Shown here: one piece after another, positions 10,239-19,292 of the stretch | How the letters are laid out: the number at the start of each line of letters is the position of its first letter | How positions within the stretch are numbered: position 1 is the first letter of the stretch | Source: Candidatus Saccharimonadota bacterium | GTDB taxonomy: Bacteria > Patescibacteriota > Gracilibacteria > BD1-5 > UBA6164 | Direction of reading: 5' to 3' | Assembly: GCA_965227835.1 (NCBI GenBank) | Contig: OZ245768.1 | Span: forward strand, 300,001-332,000 | Length of the DNA stretch: 32,000 nucleotides | Notes under the pieces: model-generated | The model's database searches: none | Told to the model about the DNA's origin: nothing | Seen by the model: the letters and a program-made list of their open reading frames with translations, nothing else | Made by a program: the position numbers and the translations under genes

Positions 10239-11392
10239 GAAGTGCAATTTTTTAAATGAACTTAAAGAAGAAAATATAGCATTAAGAAATTTTTTATTTT
10301 TGAGATTATAAAAAATTTTGTTATAATTCCAAATACAACATTAAGATTGTGAAAAGTGTGCTTGATTAGGGGAAATAAATCAAAGTATTTCTCTAGGAGT
10401 ATTTGCTAATATATCGCAAATACTTTTTATTTTTTCATCACTTACATAATCAAATATAGTTCATTTAGGAAAAAATCTCCTGATAATCCTATTTAAATTC
10501 TCAATACTTCACTTCTGCCAAGAAGAATAAGGCTCACAAAAGTAAGTATCTATTCATATATCATTTAATAAATAATGCTTAGCAAATTCCATTCAATTAT
10601 CAAAAGTAACAGATTTAATTCATATATCATCTTTAACTCAAGCTATTAGATTAATTATATTTTCACTTGATTTATCTTTTATTTTAAAGATTTTAGGTAA
10701 CCTAGTCTTTCTATCAACCAATGTAAGTATAGCTCATTTAAATCATTTTTTAGAAACAATTAAATCAGCTTCAATATGTCATTTTTCTTCTCTGTTATTT
10801 ATTGTTTCAGGTCTATCTTTAATACTAACTCTATTTTTAATTTTCACTCTTTCTGTTTGTTGTTTTTTCTTTCTATAACCTTTATGTTTATATAATAATA
10901 GTTCTTTATATTTATTTCACATACCAGTTTCTAGCCAAGAATATATACTTGTATGGGAGATATGTTTCTTTTTATCTGTTTGAGTATTATTCCGTTTCTT
11001 AGCAATTGTTTTTGGGGACATTTGTATTTCTGTTATTGATAGTTGTTCTATTATGAAATTTTTCATATTAGTATTCATATTTATTTTCATTGATTGAGTT
11101 TTTGTTAGCCATCGTCTTTGATATGATTTGATTTCTGCTTCTAGTGCTAAATATACTTTTTTATTGTTTCATCGTTTTTTTACTGAATTTCTGTATATCT
11201 CTCTGCTTATTGTTGATTCTGATCTTTTTAGTATTTATGCTATATCTTTTTTCTTTAATCATTTATTTAAATGAAATTCAATACTTTCTCTCTCTTGGAA
11301 TATTAATTGTCAGTACATATCTTATTATATTAGAAAATAATGTTATTACCCTACGGGGAATACTATATTTTCTTCTCTTTTAATTGCACTTC
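10239..11392 (-). mobile_element. IS30-family insertion sequence (about 1.15 kb), degenerate
   Basis: The terminal inverted repeats are GAAGTGCAATT (10239-10249) and AATTGCACTTC (11382-11392), each followed internally by an AAGAAGAAAATATAG-like block. The left IR carries an insertion of about 14 nt. The element starts 61 nt downstream of the tmRNA 3' end. Confidence 0.75.
10341..11318 (-). pseudogene. IS30-family DDE transposase interrupted by an in-frame TAA inside the N-terminal HTH
   Basis: The minus-strand frame is 978 nt. It reads MYGQLIFQERESIEFHLNKGLKKKDIA-TAA(11235-11237)-ILKRSESTISREIYRN...GHIEADLIVSKKGFKGAILTLVDRKTR...VTFDNGMEFAKH...CEPYSSWQKGSIENLNRIIRRFFPKGT... The IS30 motifs are continuous across the stop codon. 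Confidence 0.8.
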
Positions 11393-11429
11393 ATTTCTTA
11401 CTTTGGGATAATTTTTAAATTATAAATTT

Positions 11430-11951
11430 ATGAAACAAAGAGTAGTTTTTTTCGAATGACCGAGTTGTGCAGGAAAAAGTACTGCAGTGGATACACTTTT
11501 TAGAAAAGTACGAAATACTTTTCGTATAAATAAGGATACAATAAAAAGATTAATTTCAGACTATTCTCATTCAAATGAAAAACATCATGAAATGTTAGAA
11601 CAAGTTCTAAAAAATATGTGTGAAACTGCACTAAATAACTGAATGTCCCTTTTTATTGAGTCTCAAAAACAGTTAACCAACCATATTTTAGAATACTCTA
11701 AAAATAAAGATATTTCTTTTTTTTATATAAATATTGAAGCACCATTAGATATATTGAAAGAAAGGTTTGAAGAAAAGAGAAAAAACTTAGAGAAAAGATG
11801 AATAATAGTATCTTACTGATATGATGATTTGCTTTTAGATATATTTCATAAATACCATGAAAATAAATTTTTAAATTGAATAACTATTGATACAAGCAAA
11901 CTTGACGAAAAACAGGTTATTTCTGAAATTGAAAAATATTTGGAAATATAG
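11430..11951 (+). CDS. P-loop NTPase / small-molecule kinase-like protein (173 aa)
   Basis: ATG 11430 to TAG 11949-11951. The Walker A motif is MKQRVVFFEGPSCAGKSTAV. The fold resembles AAA_33 / zeta-toxin-like kinases; the substrate is unknown. Confidence 0.6.
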
Positions 11952-11976
11952 CTTTAACTAAATAGTGATTTTTTCG

Positions 11977-12039
11977 TAAAATAAATATCATCTAATATTT
12001 ACAGATGATATTTGTTTTGTTTTTATCTTAAATTTATTC
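11977..12039 (+). repeat. Repeated terminator-like module, copy 1
   Basis: The hairpin is AAATATCATCT-aatatttac-AGATGATATTT followed by a T-rich tail and tcttaaatttatt. It is about 90% identical to 16952-17013. Confidence 0.6.
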
Positions 12040-12056
12040 ATTGGATATATACACCT

Positions 12057-12513
12057 ATGCACATTATGTATTATATACTCTATGTAAATAGATGAATATC
12101 AACTTGATTTAAATAATGCTTTTGTTTTTGATGAAAAAATAGCTAAACAATTATCTCAATCATATTATCTCAAAACATTAATAAAACCACTAATCCAATG
12201 AAAAGATTTATATAAATATTGATATAAATATAAAAATAAGTATTTGTTTTTTATAAAATGGAAAGAAAAACTTGAAGATCCAATAATGGTAGAGTATTTT
12301 GAACAATTTAAAGAAAAAATGACTGAAAGACCTGAAGTAAAAAAATGAAGATATAATTGGTGGGTTATGAGTAGATATGTTTCAAATTTTTATAATGAAT
12401 TTGAAAAAAATAAAACACTAAAAGAAAAATATGAAAAGAAATTAAAAGATTTAATCGAGCTGAAACAAAGTATATTAAAAGAAGCTTTTGAGGGGAGATT
12501 AGTGAAAGAGTAA
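12057..12513 (+). pseudogene. Fragment of a type IIG restriction-modification enzyme (TaqI_C-like target-recognition region), frameshifted and lacking an N-terminus
   Basis: One frame gives ...YVNRGISTGFK then a stop. The +1 frame continues NNAFVFDEKIAKQL...IKPLIQGKDLYKYGYKYKNKYLFFI...KKGRYNWWVMSRY...ELKQSILKEAFEGRLVKE to TAA 12511-12513. An extra A in tttaaataat breaks the conserved G-x-x-T-G-x-N-x-A-F motif. No MTase or nuclease part lies upstream. Confidence 0.6.
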
Positions 12514-12608
12514 TAAATATTATAATTTTGTTGTCATCTTATAGTAAATGATAACAAAAAGTTGATTTTTGTTTACAAGTTTTTTATGTGTTTCATAAGA
12601 AGTATAAA

Positions 12609-12666
12609 TGCAACATTTTTTAAAGATATGTTGCACTAATGATACATATAACGAAAATATGTTGCA
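12609..12666. promoter_or_regulatory. Operator-like repeats upstream of the fic-hsdM-rhuM cluster
   Basis: The sites are TGCAACAT (12609-12616), ATGTTGCA (12628-12635) and ATGTTGCA (12659-12666). The first two form an inverted repeat. The last two are ATATGTTGCA direct repeats 31 bp apart. All lie 90-150 bp upstream of ATG 12755. Confidence 0.35.
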
Positions 12667-12754
12667 AAAATAATAAAAAATGAAACATATTTCTTGATTT
12701 AGAATTAAAAAATTATATAATAAGAACATATTTATTTAAATTGTTAAAAAATTT

Positions 12755-13825
12755 ATGTTTGATAAAACAAAACCATACAATGATTTACCATTTTTACCTT
12801 GATATTTTGATTTTGACAGGAAAGAATTTTTGAAATTAGCCATAAAAGCAAGTGAAGAAATATCAAAACTTAATTGATTAGTTTATTTAGTACCAAATCT
12901 TGAAATGCTTATTTCACCACTCTTGATAAAAGAGTCAGTAGAATCATCAGCAATAGAAAATATAAATACTACAACAGTAAAAGTATTACAACAAGAAGCA
13001 TTATGAGAAAAATCACTTAAATGACCAGAAAAAGAGGTACTAAATTATCATAAAGCAATTTTAAAATGATTTGAACAACTTAAAAAATACAATTGAATAG
13101 GATATAATTTTCTAATTGAACTACAATCTATAATAGAGCCAAATAAGATTTGAATAAGAAAACTACCATGAACTATTATAGCCAACTGACTTTGAGAGGT
13201 GCTTTATACACCACCATCATGAAAAGAAAATATTGATAGAATACTTAAAAATTTAGAAGATTTTATTAATGATTTTAATGATGATATAGATGCACTCATA
13301 AAAATGCCTGTTATTCATTACCAATTTGAATCTATACACCCATTTTATGATTGAAACGGTAGAACATGAAGAATATTGAATGTACTATACCTAGTGCTTA
13401 CAAAAAAGTTAGACTTTCCAATTTTATTTTTAAGTGAATATATAAATAAAACAAGACAAGAGTATTACAAACTTTTAAATAAAACAACAGAGACTTGAGA
13501 TTATTCAGAATTTATAATATATTTGCTTAAATGAATTATCTCTCAATCCAAAAAAACAGCTGAAAAAATTATGAAAATTAAAGAACTCATGTCAGAAACT
13601 GAACAAAAAATCTCTGAATTATGAATGGATTATCATAAAATAACTAAAATACTATTTTCTTGAGCATTTTTGACATCTGGAGATTTTGAAAAGAAACTTT
13701 GAGTAGTACGATCTACAGCTATTAGAAATGTAAAAAAACTAGAAGAAAATAACATTATTTCAAGTATTAAATTATGAAGAAATAAACTTATTTACATACA
13801 AAATTTTATTAAATTATTAGACTAA
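12755..13825 (+). CDS. Fic-family (AMPylation/filamentation) protein (356 aa)
   Basis: ATG 12755 to TAA 13823-13825 is 1071 nt. The Fic motif is [26 protein letters not shown] (HPFxDGNGRxxR), and the Gly after the Asp is TGA 13352-13354. Confidence 0.9.
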
Positions 13826-13828
13826 AAA

Positions 13829-15268
13829 ATGAAACAACAAATAGCAAGGATAACCGATATACTGAGAAGAGATGACGGTATATCTGGAGCTATGCATTAC
13901 ACAGAACAAATATCATGGATATTATTCTTAAAATTTATAGATGACTTTGAAGCTAGAGAAGCAGATAATGCTCTCATTGATTGAAAAAGTTATGAATATA
14001 TAATCTCTGAAAAATATAGATGGAATAACTGGACTAGCTTGCAAGGTTGAATGATTTCATGAGATGATTTAAAAGACTTTGTAAATAAAGATTTATTTCC
14101 ATATCTAAAATCATTCAGAATAGAAAATGAAGATTATCATTCTATAAAATATAAGCTGTGAGAAATATTCCATTTTATTGATAATAGAATTGAGTCAGGA
14201 CACACTTTAAGAGAAATTATAGATATTATATCAGATTTAAATTTTCAAAAACAAGAAGACCTATTTGAGCTATCTCATATCTATGAAGACTTACTAAAAG
14301 GTATGTGAAACGATGGTTGAAACTCTGGAGAATTTTATACACCTAGAAGTATCATCAAAATTATGGTAGATAGTATAGATCCTAAAGTATGACAAACTGT
14401 TTATGATCCATCTACTTGAAGCTGTTGATTTTTGATTGAAGCTTTCAATCACATGAATGCTCAAGAAAAATCAGATAAACAGTTAGATTTCCTTAAAAAG
14501 AACTCATTTTTCTGAAATGAAAAAACGGGTCTTGCATATATCATGTGAGTTATGAATATGATACTCCACTCCATAAGTAATCCAAATATAACAAAAAGAA
14601 ATACTCTTACTGCAGATATAAGACAAATTCAAGAAAAAGATAGATACGATGTAATACTTGCAAACCCTCCTTTTGGTTGAAAAGAAAAAGATATTATCAG
14701 GCAAAATTTTCCAATCAAAACAAATGCAACTGAAATGTTGTTTTTACAACATATTATGAAGAATTTAAAACTTTGAGGTAAGTCAGCAATTATTATTCCA
14801 GAATGAGTTTTATTTAATACTTGAAAAGCATTTCAAGAAATTAAAAAAGTAATGTTAGAAGACTTTAACCTACACAGTATAATTAGTCTTCCAACTTGAG
14901 TATTCTTACCATATTCATGAGTTAAAACAAATATAATATTTTTTGATAGGCAGTGAGCTACAAAAGATATATGGTATTATGAAATAGATTTAGGTAGAAA
15001 ATTAACAAAAAATAAACCTATAACTTATGATGAAATAAAACATATTCCAGAACTATTACAAAAAAGAGAGGTTGGAAATAACTCATGGATAGTAAAAGTA
15101 GAAGATATAAAAGATTATGATATATCAGCTAAAAATCCTAATAAAAACACAGAAGAAGAAATCAGATCACCAAATGAAATATTTGAAGAATTAGAAACTA
15201 ACGATAAAGAAATAAGTAAATTATTGAATGAATTAAAAGTTGTATGAATTGACTGATGAAGAGATTAA
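13829..15268 (+). CDS. hsdM: Type I restriction-modification N6-adenine DNA methyltransferase subunit (479 aa)
   Basis: ATG 13829 to TAA 15266-15268. The HsdM N-terminal domain is ITDILRRDDGISGAMHYTEQISWILFLKFIDD. The SAM motif is GEFYTPRSIIKIMVDSIDPKVGQTVYDPSTGSCGFL. The catalytic motif is DVILANPPFGG, with TGA 14678-14680 as Gly. No hsdS or hsdR is present in the window. Confidence 0.9.
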
Positions 15269-15320
15269 GTTGATTGAAGAGAGTTTGAAGTAGTTTAGTT
15301 TTTAAAGAATATATATTAAT

Positions 15321-16325
15321 ATGGTTAATAAACAAGACAGTATAATAATATACAATACAGATGACTGAAAAACATCAGTTGCTTTATATAGCAAAGATTG
15401 AAATATTTGGATGAATCAAAATCAGATAGCAGAACTTTTTGACACCTCACTTCCAAATATATCAATGCATATAAAAAATATCATAAAAGAATGAGAGCTA
15501 AGCCAAGAATCAGTTATTAAGGATTACTTAACAACTGCCTCAGATTGAAAAAAATATAATGTAACTTTTTACTCTCTAAAAATGATTTTAGCGATTTGAT
15601 TTAGAGTAAAAAGTTTTAGATGAATACAATTTAGGCAATGGGCAATTGAAAATCTCCAAGAATACATGGTGAAAGGCTTTGTGATGGACGACGAAAGACT
15701 TAAAAATCCAGATTGAAGAACTGATTATTTTGATGAACTTCTTGCAAGGATTAGAGATATTAGAAGTTCTGAAAAAAGGTTTTACCAAAAAATAAGAGAT
15801 TTGTTTAAACTTAGTAGTGATTATGATAAAACAGATAAAGCTACTGAAATGTTTTTTGCAGAAGTTCAAAATAAAATACTTTATGCTATTACTTGAAAAA
15901 CAGCATCTGAAATTATATTTAGTAGAGCTGATGAAAGTTCTTTGAATATGAATTTAACAAGTTGGAAATGAAAAATTGTTAGAAAACAAGATATTTATAT
16001 AGCAAAAAATTATTTAACAGAAGATGAACTTGATGATTTAAATAGATTTGTAACTATATTTTTAGAAACTGCCGAATTTAAGGTAAAAAAGCAAGAAGAT
16101 ATAACTTTGAAGTTTTGGAAAGAAAATATTGATTCTTTGATTGTTTATCATGATAAAAAATTGCTTTCTTGAAAATGAAGTATTTCTAATAATGAAATGA
16201 AAGAAAAAGTAAAACTCATTTATGAAAAATATGATGAAAAAAGAAAAAAACAAGAATTAATTGAATCTGATAATAATGATTTAAAAGAATTAGATAACAT
16301 TGAAAAAAAATTAAAATTAAAGTAG
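15321..16325 (+). CDS. RhuM-family protein (334 aa)
   Basis: ATG 15321 to TAG 16323-16325. The translation is ...TSVALYSKDGNIWMNQNQIAELFDTSLPNISMHIKNI...YSLKMILAIGFRVKSFRGIQFRQWAIENLQEYMVKGFVMDDERLKNP...DYFDELLARIRDIRSSEKRFYQKIRDLF, the typical RhuM signature often found inside type I R-M operons. Confidence 0.8.
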
Positions 16326-16605
16326 TTAAAAAATATGTGTATTTTTATGACAAGAAACTAATTGAGACTTTTTTATTATTACAGCATATAAAAAAACTAA
16401 TAAAGATTTAAAAAGAATAAGAAAAAATAAACAAATAAAAAGGATTGTTTAATAAGTCTAAACAATTCTAAAAGAAAAACTCTGGCAACAGATAAGCCCA
16501 TGGAAAATCTCTCTGTTTCAGTATTCCATTATATGGAAACACATTTATTTATCATAAAATTAAAAAAATCAAAACTTTTTAATGTGTGTTGTGTTAGTTC
16601 ATAAC

Positions 16606-16951
16606 ATATTATGCTTGTAAAGATTTACCTTTTTTAGCATTAATAAATATATCAGAAGCATTAACTGAATTCTTACTTTCTTGAAAAGATAATGAAGATT
16701 CTGTAAATGATTATAAGAGAATATTTAATACTATTATTTTTTCTTGTTTTATTTTGAAATACATGACCACAGTTTTTACATTTATATCTCTGTTTTCACC
16801 TCATTTTTCAATCTTTTTTTAGTTTTGAACTGTTACATTTTTTACAGTATTTTTTATAACTTTTATTTTGCATTATTAAAAGTAAGAAAGTATTTAGCTA
16901 TATTATGACAAATACTTTCTTTTTTAGCCACACATTTTTTACAATTATGCC
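16606..16951 (-). mobile_element. IS1-like fragment (346-bp repeat, copy 1) carrying a truncated InsA-type zinc-ribbon ORF
   Basis: It is nearly identical to 23904-24249. The minus-strand ORF 16673..16873 reads MQNKSYKKYCKKCNSSKLKKDGKMRGKQRYKCKNCGHVFQNKTRKNN..., with CxxC...GKQRYKCxxC as in IS1 InsA. The downstream HTH part is out of frame and truncated at the repeat edge. Confidence 0.55.
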
Positions 16952-17013
16952 TAAAATAAATATCATCTAGTATTTACAGATGATATTTATTTTATTTCTT
17001 TCTTAAATTTATT
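16952..17013 (+). repeat. Repeated terminator-like module, copy 2
   Basis: The hairpin is AAATATCATCT-agtatttac-AGATGATATTT plus a T-rich tail. It matches 11977-12039. Confidence 0.6.
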
Positions 17014-17091
17014 TTTATGATTTTCTATTTTTGAGAAATCAATATCTTTTTGTATGAGTGATTTAGATAGATAGTTATATAGTGTTTTACA

Positions 17092-18075
17092 TTATTTTTT
17101 TAGAATTAATAAAATAAGTCAGACCATTCTATCTTTTTCTTTAGGAACACTATTTGCAATTAATAAAGTCAAAATTGTAAGAGTTTCAGGACTTATAATT
17201 TCTTGAAAATCATAATTGTATTTTTGCAAAAACCATACAAAACAAAAAGCTCATGTTCTTTTATTTCCATCATTAAAAGGGTGATTTTTGATCACAAAAT
17301 ATAATAAATTTGATGCTTTTTCTTCTATTGTTTCATATAAATCTTCTCATAAAAAACTTGCAAATATATTACCAAAAATTCATTCTAAATTTCACTTATT
17401 TTTTTCCTGTGCAAACATCTCTGTTGCAAGTCATTTTTGTATTAAATCTTTTTTAAGTATTTCTATGTCTTTATAAAGTTCTTTTGTTTCTAGCTTTATA
17501 TCATCTTTGGTAAATCATTTTTTTGGTAGGTTTCATTTATCAAAATTTTCTAAATTAAACCATGTGTTTGCAAAAGATTTGATAAGATTCAAAACTTCAT
17601 CGTTTCAAATATTTTTTCAATTTGTTAGTTTTTTTAAATCTTCTACTGCTTGTAAGAAGTTTTGATAATTTTTTGTAATTCTATTTTTATTTATAGTAAA
17701 ACCTTCTGTAATATGTTGTTTTAAAATACTTGTTGCCCATTTTCTAAACACTATTGCTTTTTTTGAGTTTGTTTTATATCAAACTGCTAAGATTACATCT
17801 AAATTATAAAATTTAACTTTTTTTGTTTGAGTTTTCCCCTCCATAGCTCAATGAGAAGTGGTATGTGCAAAAAATGCACTCACCACTTTTTCATCAAGTT
17901 CACTATCTTTAAAAATCTTTTTTATATGTTTTGTAATAACAGTTCTATCTATTCAAAATATTTCTGCTATTTGTCTTTGATTAAGCCAAAAAGTTTCTTC
18001 GCTTTTATCAAAATTCACTTCTATTTGTCAATTTTCTAATTGATAAATTGCTAAATCTAAATTTTCTTTCTTCAT
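17092..18075 (-). CDS. Fusion protein: RhuM-like N-terminal DNA-binding region + Fic/Doc (death-on-curing type) domain (327 aa)
   Basis: The minus strand from ATG (cat 18073-18075) to TAA (tta 17092-17094) is 984 nt. The N-terminus is ...FWLNQRQIAEIFGIDRTVITKHIKKIF...FYNLDVILAVGYKTNSKKAIVFRKWATSILKQHITEGF, paralogous to 15321-16325. The C-terminus carries the Doc motif LLYFVIKNHPFNDGNKRTGAFCFVWFL. Confidence 0.8.
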
Positions 18076-18127
18076 ATTCTAATTTTTTTAAATTTAAATC
18101 TTTTTATCACACAAGCAAACTTTTATT

Positions 18128-18343
18128 CTCAAAACTACCCACTTTTTATAAAATCGACATAGGAGAATAAGGATAACTGAGGGAAATGTAGGTTGTTTTT
18201 ATTGTTTTACCTTTTGTGTTTTATAAATGACTTATTTAAGCTAACTTTATCTTTATAAAATTCAATCAATATAAAACCTATGTTTTTACTTATATAAAGG
18301 TAAAAAATAAACTATAAAATACAAAAAAATGGGTAGTTTTGAG
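18128..18343. mobile_element. MITE (216 bp) derived from the IS4-like element
   Basis: The left end is CTCAAAACTACCCACTTTTT... The first 78 bp or so match the right end of the IS4-like element (23826-23903, reverse-complemented). The right end is ...AAAAATGGGTAGTTTTGAG. The element has no coding capacity and is flanked by the 6-bp direct repeat TTTATT (18122-18127 and 18344-18349). Confidence 0.8.
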
Positions 18344-18398
18344 TTTATTAATTTGATTATTAATATTTTTTATTTTTTCTTCAACTTTCATATATATT

Positions 18399-19277
18399 CT
18401 AATTACTTTCTAAAACAATATTTCTCTCATCTTCACTCAACCCATACAAATCAAAAACCATTTCATCAATTTCTTTATCACAAATATCTATTTCACTTTT
18501 TAAATCTAAAATTTCTTTTTTATAACTATCAAAATATTCTTCCCATTCATCTTGGTCTTTTAAACTAAGTTCTATTTTCTTTTTCTTTAATCCTTTTACA
18601 AATTCACTAAATTCTAAATCATAAAATGCTTCTAATTTTTTAGATAATTTATCTATTTCAAAACTACTATTTAATCTTTTAATAAATTTATTTACTTTTT
18701 CTTGAATTTCTTTATTTTTATCAAGCATAAAATTAGCTTTTTCTATGAAAGGTTTTTGTTCTGAAAGAGGAATGTTTTTAATAGGTAATTCCTTTAAATA
18801 AATAGGCTTAACATTTTTATCCGTATAATGTAATTTATAATAAATATTAAAATCACAATCTTTAAAATATGGCTTATATTTGAATGCTTGTTGAACTGGT
18901 GTAAGGTTTCAAGCTCTTTGTTGAGGCTTATCAAGTGAAGTTTTAGCATCTTTTAATTCTACCACTACTTTCATTATTTCTTTTTCTTCACCAAAAAATC
19001 AAAGTCCTATATCTGCTTTTTGTCATCATTCAGGGACTTTTGGTTGAAACCTTCTGTTATAAATTTCATCTTCGGTTATACTATTATAATCAAGTATTTT
19101 ACCAAAAAAATCAGCTCAAAAAGGTCATTCAAGTTCTTCTTCTTTTTTAGCTTTTAAAGTTCAATTGTTATGTAAGTTACACCAATTTTTCAGAACTTTT
19201 ATTTTTTCTTCTAAATTAGGTATTTCATAGCTTTGTATTTTTTCTTTTACTATGTTCTTTTTAAATAGTTGAGCCAT
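18399..19277 (-). pseudogene. Internally deleted MmeI/Eco57I-like type IIG restriction-modification enzyme (nuclease N-terminus joined to C-terminal tail; methyltransferase core missing)
   Basis: The minus-strand ORF is 879 nt and open. The N-terminus ...EEELEGPFGADFFGKILDYNS...GGQKADIGLGFF...KVVVELKDAKTSLDKPQQRAGNLTPVQQAFKY has a PD-(D/E)xK layout as in MmeI-type enzymes. It jumps directly to ...IYLKELPIKNIPLSEQKPFIEKANFMLDKNKE...EIDEMVFDLYGLSEDERNIVLESN. No NPPY/SAM motifs are present. Confidence 0.6.
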
Positions 19278-19292
19278 ATTTAGTTTTTTAAA

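Noticed and set aside
11952-12056. Upstream continuation (N-terminal part) of the type IIG fragment at 12057-12513
   Set aside because: The region is occupied by the repeated terminator-like module and has stops in all frames. The fragment is truly 5'-truncated.
16326-16605. Remnant of hsdS or hsdR downstream of rhuM
   Set aside because: No frame on either strand, read with TGA=Gly, stays open for more than about 25 codons, and nothing shows recognisable HsdS or HsdR motifs. The region looks non-coding.
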